The position numbers were made by a program, and so were the translations under genes. The notes under the pieces are model-generated. The model was not told the origin of the DNA. It searched no databases and saw nothing but the letters and a program-made list of their open reading frames with translations. A DNA stretch of 64,000 bases from an uncultured Pelagibacteraceae bacterium (GTDB lineage: Bacteria; Pseudomonadota; Alphaproteobacteria; Pelagibacterales; Pelagibacteraceae). The stretch is from contig CABXZD010000003.1 of NCBI GenBank assembly GCA_902516465.1, positions 1,097 through 65,096 on the forward strand. The letters run 5' to 3'. Positions 49,401-58,110 of this stretch are shown here, one piece after another. Each line of letters opens with the position of its first letter. Position 1 is the first letter of the stretch.

Positions 49401-50174
49401 GTGATGTATGAAGAGTTAAAAAAAAGAGTAGAAAGAGAAAAAGCTTTTCATAACCAAGAAAAAGATGTTTCAAAAAAAGCATCTGACTTTAAAAATCTTT
49501 TTAAAAATTATTTTTTAAATCCTTCCCTTATTGAAATGGAAGAATATTTTAGTCAGGCTAAAAATATTTCAAATAAGAACGTTTTAGATTTTGGTTGTGG
49601 TTATGGAAAAGATTTTGATGATTTATTAAAAAAAGATAATATGCTTACTGGTATTGATATATCAGAGCTTTATATAAGACATTGCTCAAAATATTGTAAG
49701 GAAAAATTTCCAAATAAAAAATTTGATTTTTTTGCTATGGATGCACATGACTTAAAATTTAAAGACGAAACTTTTGACTTAGTAATAGGACGAGGAATCT
49801 TACATCATTTAGATTTTAATATAGCAATTCAAGAAGTGAAAAGAGTTCTAAAAAAAGATGGTAAAGCTTATTTCCAAGAACCACTTGGGGACAATCCTCT
49901 ATTAAAATTATTTAGATTATTAACACCAAATTTAAGAACTAAAGATGAGCGACCTTTTTATAAAGAAGATATTTTAAATTTAGAAAAAGATTTTCAAATT
50001 AAATTTACGTATTATGGTATGTTTAGTTTTATAGCGTCTATAATCACCAGCCCGTTTACAAAAAATGGTAATAATTTTTTAGTTAAATTTTTATATAATA
50101 TTGAAAAAAAACTTCTTAAGAATGATAAATTCAAATATTTTGCTCACTATGTAATTTTTAAAATTGAAAAATGA
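49401..50174 (+). CDS. Class I SAM-dependent methyltransferase
   Basis: VLDFGCGYG, GIDIS, MDAHDL, ILHHL, EPL. Confidence 0.88.
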   Translation: MMYEELKKRVEREKAFHNQEKDVSKKASDFKNLFKNYFLNPSLIEMEEYFSQAKNISNKNVLDFGCGYGKDFDDLLKKDNMLTGIDISELYIRHCSKYCKEKFPNKKFDFFAMDAHDLKFKDETFDLVIGRGILHHLDFNIAIQEVKRVLKKDGKAYFQEPLGDNPLLKLFRLLTPNLRTKDERPFYKEDILNLEKDFQIKFTYYGMFSFIASIITSPFTKNGNNFLVKFLYNIEKKLLKNDKFKYFAHYVIFKIEK

Positions 50175-50998
50175 TTGAGAATACAATAAATAAATGCCCT
50201 ATCTGCGATAGTAAAGCTAACTATATTTTTACTTCCAAAAGGGAAAAAGAAATTCTTCATTGTTCATCTTCACTATGTGAGCATTTTTTTACCCCTATGA
50301 TAAAATCAGATCAAGGAATTTGCTTAAGACCTGATGATCTAGAAAAAGAGTCGAATGAGTCTTTAGAAATGTTCAATGACCGAAACTTAAAACTTTTATC
50401 ATTATTTAAAAAACATTTAAAAAATAAAAATGGCGTCTTAAAATTTCTTGATTTTGGTGCAGGAAATGCTCATATTTCAAGGACTTTTAAAAAAATTTTA
50501 AAAGACAATTGTTTAATATATTGTTTAGACACAAATCCATTAGTCAAAGATTTTTATTCAAAATATCAATTAAAACAAATTGAAAGCACAACAGAAATAA
50601 AAGAAAAAATTGATTTAATCTATATGGTAGAAGTAATTGAACATCTCGAAGATCCTGTTTCAACAATGAAAACATTAAGACCTCTATTAAATTCAAATGG
50701 TTCAATTTTCATTTCGACACCACTCGGAAAAAAAAAACAAAATTTAACTAATGCCTATGATACAGAATCTCACCTGCATTTTTTTTCTGAAAAATCATTA
50801 AATCTAACCTTAAAAAAATCTGGTTTTTCTCAAATAAAGTACAAGTTTTATACAGAAATGCATGGACCTCCATTAAATAAAAAAATTATTTCAAAAATCT
50901 CAAATTTTTTAAAATTAATTCTTAAAATTATAATTTCTAAAATTACTTTTTTAAAAACAATTAATCATTTAGTTGGGTTTACAAATCCTGAAAAATAA
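50171..50998 (+). CDS. Class I SAM-dependent methyltransferase with N-terminal Zn-ribbon
   Basis: CPIC...C, LDFGAG, EVIEHLEDP, ISTP, HLHFFS. Confidence 0.85.
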   Translation: MIENTINKCPICDSKANYIFTSKREKEILHCSSSLCEHFFTPMIKSDQGICLRPDDLEKESNESLEMFNDRNLKLLSLFKKHLKNKNGVLKFLDFGAGNAHISRTFKKILKDNCLIYCLDTNPLVKDFYSKYQLKQIESTTEIKEKIDLIYMVEVIEHLEDPVSTMKTLRPLLNSNGSIFISTPLGKKKQNLTNAYDTESHLHFFSEKSLNLTLKKSGFSQIKYKFYTEMHGPPLNKKIISKISNFLKLILKIIISKITFLKTINHLVGFTNPEK

Positions 50999-51010
50999 TT
51001 TCCTGTAAAT

Positions 51011-52024
51011 ATGGATATAAAAAAAATATTTCCTAAAAAGATATTATTATTTAGACAAAAAATTTTAAACTATTTATCAATTCTTGATGAAATGATTTTT
51101 TATTATAACTTTAATTATAAAAAGATGAAACAAGATAATAATAAATTTTTGACCCAACTTACTAAAACTAAATTTATAACAAGTCGTGGATTTTTAAATA
51201 TCTCAAATATTAAAAATGAATATCAAGAAGCAAATGATTATACAGTTGATATAAATGGATACACACCTGAAAACCTTGTTATTTATATATGTTCAGATGG
51301 TTTAGAAAACTTTATAAAAAAAACATTACAAAAAATATCAAAACCTTTTATTTTGATTACTGGAAATTCCGATAGAACCATAACAAAAAATATAAAATCT
51401 ATAAAGATATTAATAAATAATAAATTTTTAATTAAATGGTATGCGCAAAATTTAAATTTGAATAATAAAAAATTAATACATTTACCAATAGGACTTGATT
51501 ATCATGCAGGTTTTAAATTTAGAAATAAATATAAATCTATTAAGGAATTTCCAAGTTATAAAGAAAAGTATTTAATAAAGTTATCCAAAAAAAAAATTAA
51601 AAAAGAATTCAAAATGTACGCAAACTGGTTATTTAATATGAATAAAAAGAGAGAAAAATGCTTAAATCAAATTCAAAAAAATCTTGTTTATTTTGAAGAG
51701 GATAAAGTTTCTCAAATAAAATCTTGGGAGAACATAACAAAATACAGATTTTGTCTATGTCCTGAAGGTTATGGTTTAGATACACATCGTGTTTGGGAGA
51801 CAATAATACTGGGCTCTATACCCGTAGTAAAATCTGGTCCACTGGATGTCATGTACAGTAAATTTCCAGTCATAATTGTTAAAAATTGGAAAGATGTAAC
51901 AAAAAAACTTTTGTTAAACGAATATAAAAAAATTAAAGGAAAAAGATATGATTATTCGTATCTTCACCTAGATTTTTGGAAAAAACAATTCAATACCAAA
52001 AAAATTAATTTTTTTTTTAAATAA
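51011..52024 (+). CDS. Exostosin/GT47-like protein
   Basis: LITGNSD, WYAQN, LPIGL, FCLCPEGYGLDTHRVWE...GSIPVV. Confidence 0.7.
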   Translation: MDIKKIFPKKILLFRQKILNYLSILDEMIFYYNFNYKKMKQDNNKFLTQLTKTKFITSRGFLNISNIKNEYQEANDYTVDINGYTPENLVIYICSDGLENFIKKTLQKISKPFILITGNSDRTITKNIKSIKILINNKFLIKWYAQNLNLNNKKLIHLPIGLDYHAGFKFRNKYKSIKEFPSYKEKYLIKLSKKKIKKEFKMYANWLFNMNKKREKCLNQIQKNLVYFEEDKVSQIKSWENITKYRFCLCPEGYGLDTHRVWETIILGSIPVVKSGPLDVMYSKFPVIIVKNWKDVTKKLLLNEYKKIKGKRYDYSYLHLDFWKKQFNTKKINFFFK

Positions 52025-52030
52025 TTATTA

Positions 52031-53320
52031 ATGATTTATACAATTAGTTTATGTTTGATATTAATCTTTTTAGTAATTCAAAAATTTAAAATTTGGTCAC
52101 CGATATTCTTTTTTAGTTTTTATCTTTTTTTACAAATTTTACTCTATTATCTTTTCATAAATGATTTTGTACCAAACAATGCCTATTATATGTTGCCTAT
52201 ACCCTATGACCTCATCGGATTTCAAATAAATAAAACATTATTTTTTTACACTATAATTATATTATTTTTTTTAATTTTTACTTTTTTTAAAAAAAAAGAA
52301 CCAGTTGTACCTACTGCAGAGGGTATTCAAATTTTAAATGAATTATCTAATGCAATTCCAAGAAAAGGACTTACCTTAAGTTCCATTTTTATCTTTATCT
52401 GGTCTATGATCTATGCCTTTGATGTCAAATGGTCAATAATTCTTGAACATCAAGAATATTTAGCTGCAACTAGTCAAAAAGTTCTTGATCTAAACAATAT
52501 TTTTTCAGTTGTTTACAACAACTCACTTCTTTTTTTAATTACTTTTACTATGTTTTCTTTTTTTCTTTGTTCAAAGAAAAAATATAATTTTGAAAAATAT
52601 TTATTTTTTATAATATCAGTATTTATTTTTTTACTAATTATTTCTAGAGGTAGCAGATCCGCAGTTTTTATATTTATATTTTATGCATTTGGTGAGGCTT
52701 TAATTTTAGAAAAAAAGGTTAGAGTCTGGAAAGTTTTGCTATACTTGATTCTCTCTGTTCAAATGTTTACTTCCTCCATAGCTATAAGAGGAGCTGACTC
52801 AGGTGGATTAGTTAATATTATTCCAATTTTTTTTGATTATACAAGATTTAATTTAACAGATAATTTATTTTTTATTTATCAAAATACTTCTTTTGGGGTT
52901 TTAAATTTCGATATTGGTTTAAATTATAATCCAGATTATTCAGTTATTCATAAATTTCTATCTAACTCACCATTGCTCTCTATAATCGATGGTTTCAGAG
53001 AAATTTCTCAAGAAAGAATTTTCAGAATAACTGTTTACACACCTTTTAACTCTTATATAGAGGCTTATCATTTTGGACCGATTTTTCTGATTTATTTTTG
53101 TGCCTTACAATTTAGTAATATTATTTGGGTCAGCAACAAATTAAATTCTTATGGTTTTATTTATTACTTGCCATCAGTGATTTTTTGTTATTTATCTATA
53201 ATCTATTCTACTCAATATAGTGTTAGAACTACTACAAAGTACATTTTTCTAAGTTATCTATTTTTATTTATAGCAAATTATTACTTAAAAAAGTTTATAA
53301 AACAAAAAACGAATATTTAA
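52031..53320 (+). CDS. Putative Wzy repeat-unit polymerase
   Basis: About 10 TM with a large loop, GSRS motif, inside the Wzx/GT block. Confidence 0.6.
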   Translation: MIYTISLCLILIFLVIQKFKIWSPIFFFSFYLFLQILLYYLFINDFVPNNAYYMLPIPYDLIGFQINKTLFFYTIIILFFLIFTFFKKKEPVVPTAEGIQILNELSNAIPRKGLTLSSIFIFIWSMIYAFDVKWSIILEHQEYLAATSQKVLDLNNIFSVVYNNSLLFLITFTMFSFFLCSKKKYNFEKYLFFIISVFIFLLIISRGSRSAVFIFIFYAFGEALILEKKVRVWKVLLYLILSVQMFTSSIAIRGADSGGLVNIIPIFFDYTRFNLTDNLFFIYQNTSFGVLNFDIGLNYNPDYSVIHKFLSNSPLLSIIDGFREISQERIFRITVYTPFNSYIEAYHFGPIFLIYFCALQFSNIIWVSNKLNSYGFIYYLPSVIFCYLSIIYSTQYSVRTTTKYIFLSYLFLFIANYYLKKFIKQKTNI

Positions 53321-53414
53321 AGATTTATACTGATTCTTAAATAAGACAATAACTATAATAATTTAAAAGTTATTTGATCTAATTGAATTTTTTGATAATA
53401 TTAAGATAGTAAAT

Positions 53415-54416
53415 ATGATTTCGTTAAAAACTCCAAATGGCTTTGATGTTGAAGTTCCTGAAAATATTAAAGAAGATAATAGTCCAAGGTTTGATGTAAA
53501 TTCAGATGAAAAAGATGCAATTGAATATTATAAAGAGAATGGATATGTTATCTTTACTAATTGTGTTTCAAATGCAATTTGTGAAAAAATAAGAGGTATT
53601 TGGGAAAAAAAAATAAAACCTTTCAAAGGTACAATTTACAGACAAACAACTGCAAAAGCAGAAAAAAATCGGTTTAACGATAAGAATTGGATAATGAACC
53701 CGATACTTAATCTCCAAAGTTTAAATCCAGATTTATTTGGTGAATTTAGAAACACAGTCGAGAATGAGATTTTTTCAAATCAATCAGTTTGTTTAGCGGC
53801 AAAAAAAATATTAAGAGAAAGACCTAAAATTGTTCAGTCTATGTACTTTGAGGGTAATTCAGCTACATGGGAACATCAAGACTCTTATTATCTTGACTCT
53901 GAAAAAGTTGGAGAAATGACAGCAGCTTGGATAGCTTTAGAAGAAATTAAAGCAGATGCTGGAAGATTTTTTATTTGCCCAGGAAGTCATAAAATTGAAC
54001 ACGGTAAACAAAATATAAATAATAACATCGCAGAGAACCACGATAAATATATTCAAGAAGTAGTTTCAATTATGAAATCTAGAAATATGACAATTAAAGC
54101 TCCTTATATGGGAACAGGAGATGTTCTTTTTTGGAACTCTTGGACAATTCATGGTTCAATAGACTCTCAAAATACAAATTTTAGTAGATCTTCAATCACT
54201 ATGCATGCAATACCAGAAAGTCATGAATTTTTACAATTTCACAGTCGTAAAATGAAATTACCTACAGATGATCTTGTTAATTCAGTAATTTACAGACCTA
54301 AGGATCAATCAAAGTTTAAAAATAGAATAGTGCTTAATGTAGAATCTAAATTCCCTGGAACTTTTTATTGGTTAAAAAATAAAGCAATTAAATTTTTAAT
54401 AAAAAGAAATTCCTAA
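53415..54416 (+). CDS. PhyH-family Fe(II)/2-oxoglutarate dioxygenase
   Basis: YYKENGYV, HQD (HxD), AWIALE, PGSH, GDVLFW...HGS, R-x-S. Confidence 0.88.
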   Translation: MISLKTPNGFDVEVPENIKEDNSPRFDVNSDEKDAIEYYKENGYVIFTNCVSNAICEKIRGIWEKKIKPFKGTIYRQTTAKAEKNRFNDKNWIMNPILNLQSLNPDLFGEFRNTVENEIFSNQSVCLAAKKILRERPKIVQSMYFEGNSATWEHQDSYYLDSEKVGEMTAAWIALEEIKADAGRFFICPGSHKIEHGKQNINNNIAENHDKYIQEVVSIMKSRNMTIKAPYMGTGDVLFWNSWTIHGSIDSQNTNFSRSSITMHAIPESHEFLQFHSRKMKLPTDDLVNSVIYRPKDQSKFKNRIVLNVESKFPGTFYWLKNKAIKFLIKRNS

Positions 54417-54428
54417 TAAAAAAAATTA

Positions 54429-55412
54429 GTGAATAAAATTAGAAATATTTTAGTTACTGGTGGGGCTGGTTATATAGGTAGCCATATTGCCGAAATACTT
54501 ATTCAAAAAAAAACAAATGTTTTCATATTGGATAACTTTGCTACCGGGTTTAAAAGATTAATTATCAAAAAAGCTGTATTTATTAAGTGCGATATAAAAA
54601 ACTCATCTAGAGTAAAGGAGATTATCCTTAAATATAATATTGATAGTATAATTCACTTAGCAGCCCATTTGAATGTCAGTGAGGCAGAAAAAAACAAAAA
54701 AAAATATAATTCTAATAATATTTTGGGGACTTTAAAATTAATAGAGGCCTGTAAAAATTCAAATGTTAAAAATATAATTTTTTCATCAACTTGTGCGGTT
54801 TATGGAAGTGTTAATGGATCAGTTAATGAGAAGAAAAAACCTAATCCACAAGGTTATTATGCATTTACAAAGTATAAAGGAGAACAAATAATAAGAAAAT
54901 ATGCGAAAAAATATAATTATAGATATGCAATTTTAAGGTATTTTAATGTTGCTGGAGCAAGCGAGTCTAATAAAATTGGTGAAATTCAAAGATCATACGG
55001 TCACTTGATTAAAAATTTAGCCATACAATCTTTAAAAAAACAACCTAAAATATTTATATATGGAAATAATTACGGTACAAAAGATGGAACTTGCGTGAGA
55101 GATTATGTGCATGTTTCTGATCTTGCTGATGTTCATATTAAAAGTTTAAACTATATAAACTTAAAATCTAAATCTCTTGTTCTTAATTGTGGTTATGGCA
55201 AAGGATATTCTGTTCTACAGATTGTGAATATTTTTAAAAGAATGAAAAAAAAATTAATAATTGAATATACAAAAAGAAGACCAGGAGATGTAGCGAAAGT
55301 TTATGCTGATACAAGAAAAATAAAAAAAATTTTAAAATGGAAACCAAAACATAATAATTTAAATAAAATTTTAAAGAGTGCTTTTAAATGGGAAAAAAGT
55401 CTTAGCAAATGA
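54429..55412 (+). CDS. galE: UDP-glucose 4-epimerase
   Basis: GGAGYIGSH, FSSTCAVYG, YAFTK, LRYFNVAG, DGTCVRDYVHV, RRPGD. Confidence 0.9.
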   Translation: MNKIRNILVTGGAGYIGSHIAEILIQKKTNVFILDNFATGFKRLIIKKAVFIKCDIKNSSRVKEIILKYNIDSIIHLAAHLNVSEAEKNKKKYNSNNILGTLKLIEACKNSNVKNIIFSSTCAVYGSVNGSVNEKKKPNPQGYYAFTKYKGEQIIRKYAKKYNYRYAILRYFNVAGASESNKIGEIQRSYGHLIKNLAIQSLKKQPKIFIYGNNYGTKDGTCVRDYVHVSDLADVHIKSLNYINLKSKSLVLNCGYGKGYSVLQIVNIFKRMKKKLIIEYTKRRPGDVAKVYADTRKIKKILKWKPKHNNLNKILKSAFKWEKSLSK

Positions 55413-55457
55413 GTGTTGATTACTATATAAACAATTGATTAAATATTTAATTAAGAA

Positions 55458-56060
55458 ATGTATAAAAAATTTCCACAAAAAAAAATCCTTAATAGTAAAC
55501 AATTCTATTTCGAATATATCCTTAAAAAAAATAATTTACTTGAAAAAATTGACTTTAGAGAATTAGACAAAATAATTAAAGCTATCAAGAGTTGTATAAA
55601 AAATAAAAATACAATTTACTCCTGTGGTAATGGAGGATCTTCGTCTTTAGCAGATCATTTTGCCTGTGATTTTATAAAACAAACTAATTATAAAACAAAT
55701 TTAAAATTAAAAGCGGTTTCTTTAACATCAAATTTTTCTTTAATATCTGCTGTTGCAAATGACATGAGCTATAACAAAATTTTTTCATTTCAAATTGAAA
55801 AATTAGGAAAAAAAAATGATCTTTTGTTTTTATTTTCGGTTTCTGGCAAAAGTCAAAATTTAATTGACGCTGTTAAGACTGCAAAAAAGCTTGGTATTAA
55901 AACAGTCTCTTTTACAGGATTTAATGGTGGTAAATTATCTAAAATGACAAATTTAAACATTAATTTTCCAGTTACGAATTATGGTATTGCTGAAGATTGT
56001 CATCTAAGTTTAATGCACTACCTTTCTCAATATTTAAGAGAAAACAGTTTAAAAAAATAA
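55458..56060 (+). CDS. gmhA: SIS-domain phosphoheptose isomerase (GmhA-like)
   Basis: CGNGGSSSLADHF, AVANDMSY, SVSGKS, YGIAEDCH. Confidence 0.78.
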   Translation: MYKKFPQKKILNSKQFYFEYILKKNNLLEKIDFRELDKIIKAIKSCIKNKNTIYSCGNGGSSSLADHFACDFIKQTNYKTNLKLKAVSLTSNFSLISAVANDMSYNKIFSFQIEKLGKKNDLLFLFSVSGKSQNLIDAVKTAKKLGIKTVSFTGFNGGKLSKMTNLNINFPVTNYGIAEDCHLSLMHYLSQYLRENSLKK

Positions 56061-56083
56061 TCTTTTAGAAATTAACATAATCT

Positions 56084-56431
56084 TTATTTAACAAATCGTT
56101 TGATTCGATTTGGCCAATTAGATTTAAAATCTAAATTTTTATCATCTATATAAAAATCAGAAGAAGGTTTTCCAAAATAAATCTTATGAAATTTAACTTT
56201 CCATTTTTTTAACTGATTTAATGTAATTTTTTTTGCTTTTTTTGTTGCCAATCTGCTATTGTCATTTGTTCTACCCATAAATCGTGCTGTATAAATTTTT
56301 ATTATATGTCCTTGATTATAAAGATCATTTATACAATTTATATTTTTTAAAATTGGTTTAGATTTTTTATAGTCAGATCTAACAGTTTTACAAATTGTAT
56401 TGTCTATATCAAAGCAAAATGTTTTTTTCAT
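56084..56431 (-). CDS. Small HAD-superfamily phosphatase (capsule-associated type)
   Basis: Probable ATG 56431; FDIDNT (DxD), YTAR, GKP, YIDDK. Confidence 0.82.
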   Translation of the reverse strand: MKKTFCFDIDNTICKTVRSDYKKSKPILKNINCINDLYNQGHIIKIYTARFMGRTNDNSRLATKKAKKITLNQLKKWKVKFHKIYFGKPSSDFYIDDKNLDFKSNWPNRIKRFVK

Positions 56432-56441
56432 ATCTGTAAAT

Positions 56442-57461
56442 TTATTTTTTATTTGGTAAATTCTTTGAATTAATTTTGTAGTATTCAAAATACCAATTTA
56501 AAAAATTTTTAATTCCTACTTTATAAGTAGTTTTTGGTTTATATCCGGTAATTTTTTTTAATAACTTAGTGTCTGATAAAGTAGTTTTGACATCACCTTT
56601 TTGCATTGCCATATAATTTCTTATAGCTTTAATGCCAATTTCTTTTTCTAAAGTATCAATAAAATCTAAAAGATAAACTTTTTTTGTATTTCCCATATTA
56701 ATTATTCTAAAAGGTGCTATCGAGGATTTGTGACTATTTGTTGATTTTAAAAGTGGAGTTTTATTTAACAATTTATTTATTCCATCAACAATATCATCGA
56801 TGTAAGTATAATCTCTATACATTTTACCTCTATTATAAATATCAATTTTTTTTCTACTTATTATTTTTTTAGCAAATTTAAAATAAGCCATATCTGGTCT
56901 TCCCCAGGGACCATAGACTGTAAAAAATCTCATAACAGTGATTGGAAGTTTCCATAAGTTTGAATATGAGTGAGCTAAGCTTTCAGTTGATTTTTTTGTT
57001 GCGGCATAAATACTTAATTGTGTGTCGGTTTTGTCAGTCTCTTTAAAAGGTATTTTTTTGTTAGCTCCATAAACAGAAGAGCTCGAAGCTATCAGTAAAT
57101 GTTTTACATTAGCTTTTTTTGCAAATTCAATAATGTTGTAAGTTCCAATTATATTGCTATCTAAGTATGTTCTGGGGTTTTTGATACTGTAACGAACTCC
57201 TGCTTGTGCAGCTAAATGAATTATAATTTTTGGTTTAAATCTTAAAATTGATTTTCTTAATATTTTTTGATTTTCAAGCTTACCTTTAGTAAAAGAAAAA
57301 TTTTTATATTTTTTTAAAATTTGGTACCTAGATTTTTTAAGTTTAACATCATAATAAGCATTCATCGAATCAAATCCATGAACGATATGACCTTTTTCTA
57401 AGAGATTTTTTGATAGATGTAATCCAATAAATCCTGATGAACCAGTTATGAATATTTTCAT
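56442..57461 (-). CDS. UDP-glucuronate 4-epimerase-like NAD-dependent epimerase
   Basis: GSSGFIG, HLAAQAGVRYS, YAATKK, RFFTVYGPWGRPDMA, RDYTYIDDIV. Confidence 0.88.
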   Translation of the reverse strand: MKIFITGSSGFIGLHLSKNLLEKGHIVHGFDSMNAYYDVKLKKSRYQILKKYKNFSFTKGKLENQKILRKSILRFKPKIIIHLAAQAGVRYSIKNPRTYLDSNIIGTYNIIEFAKKANVKHLLIASSSSVYGANKKIPFKETDKTDTQLSIYAATKKSTESLAHSYSNLWKLPITVMRFFTVYGPWGRPDMAYFKFAKKIISRKKIDIYNRGKMYRDYTYIDDIVDGINKLLNKTPLLKSTNSHKSSIAPFRIINMGNTKKVYLLDFIDTLEKEIGIKAIRNYMAMQKGDVKTTLSDTKLLKKITGYKPKTTYKVGIKNFLNWYFEYYKINSKNLPNKK

Positions 57462-57517
57462 ACCATATATTTATAGAGTATAATCATACCAATATATAGA
57501 CTTTAAAGATTAGAAGT

Positions 57518-57643
57518 TTAATTAAGGTTAATAAGAGTTCCCGCTAAAATTACTCCCCAGTAAGCAGACAGTCCTAAATATAAACCAGTTTTAACTTTAT
57601 TTTTTTTAATTTTAGAGGGTAGTTTTTTAATTAATTCAGGCAT
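57518..57643 (-). CDS. Small membrane protein, 41 aa (not in ORF track)
   Basis: MPELIKKLPSKIKKNKVKTGLYLGLSAYWGVILAGTLINLN; basic N-terminus plus one TM. Confidence 0.5.
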   Translation of the reverse strand: MPELIKKLPSKIKKNKVKTGLYLGLSAYWGVILAGTLINLN

Positions 57644-57729
57644 GCTTAATTTTTATTAACATGGCAATATTATTTGTCAAATATATATTGGATATCTAAA
57701 AAAATGTTTCTTGGCTTAATCTTACTCTG

Positions 57730-58080
57730 TTAATAGATGGTTGCTCCAAAAATTTTTATTTCTTCCCCCTCTAAACCAATAACCAACCTTCCTAGAAATT
57801 CCCCTGGGATTTCTTTGTTTGTTTGTTTAATTAATATAGTTATATGATCACCTCTTTTTAAAGTACCAAATGGCTCGTAAGTCTCTTTTAAATTGGTTAT
57901 CAGCTTATTATTTGCCCATTGTTTTCCAAGCTCAACTTCATTAGCCCCAAAAAGCATTTGTGTAGAAAAATCTCTGGTAAATCCTCCATAATCTTTCATG
58001 TTTGATGATCTCACTAAATTTTCCCAAAAGGGCCTACCGATTTCAAAAATTTCTTTATCTGACTTTGCCAAAAGATCCAT
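57730..58080 (-). CDS. Hypothetical protein downstream of aprA
   Basis: 116-aa ORF 30 nt after the aprA stop, same strand; DYGGFTRDFSTQM motif. Confidence 0.7.
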   Translation of the reverse strand: MDLLAKSDKEIFEIGRPFWENLVRSSNMKDYGGFTRDFSTQMLFGANEVELGKQWANNKLITNLKETYEPFGTLKRGDHITILIKQTNKEIPGEFLGRLVIGLEGEEIKIFGATIY

Positions 58081-58110
58081 ATGCTTTTAATCCTTTTGAA
58101 CTATAGGTGT

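Larger units (their letters stand above)
26038..57643. other. Surface-polysaccharide genomic island (Wzx/Wzy with Wza/Wzc)
   Basis: Contiguous glycan genes; the 42.7-53.3 kb part is visibly more AT-rich with long homopolymers; flanked on both sides by sulfur-metabolism genes; boundaries approximate. Confidence 0.75.
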
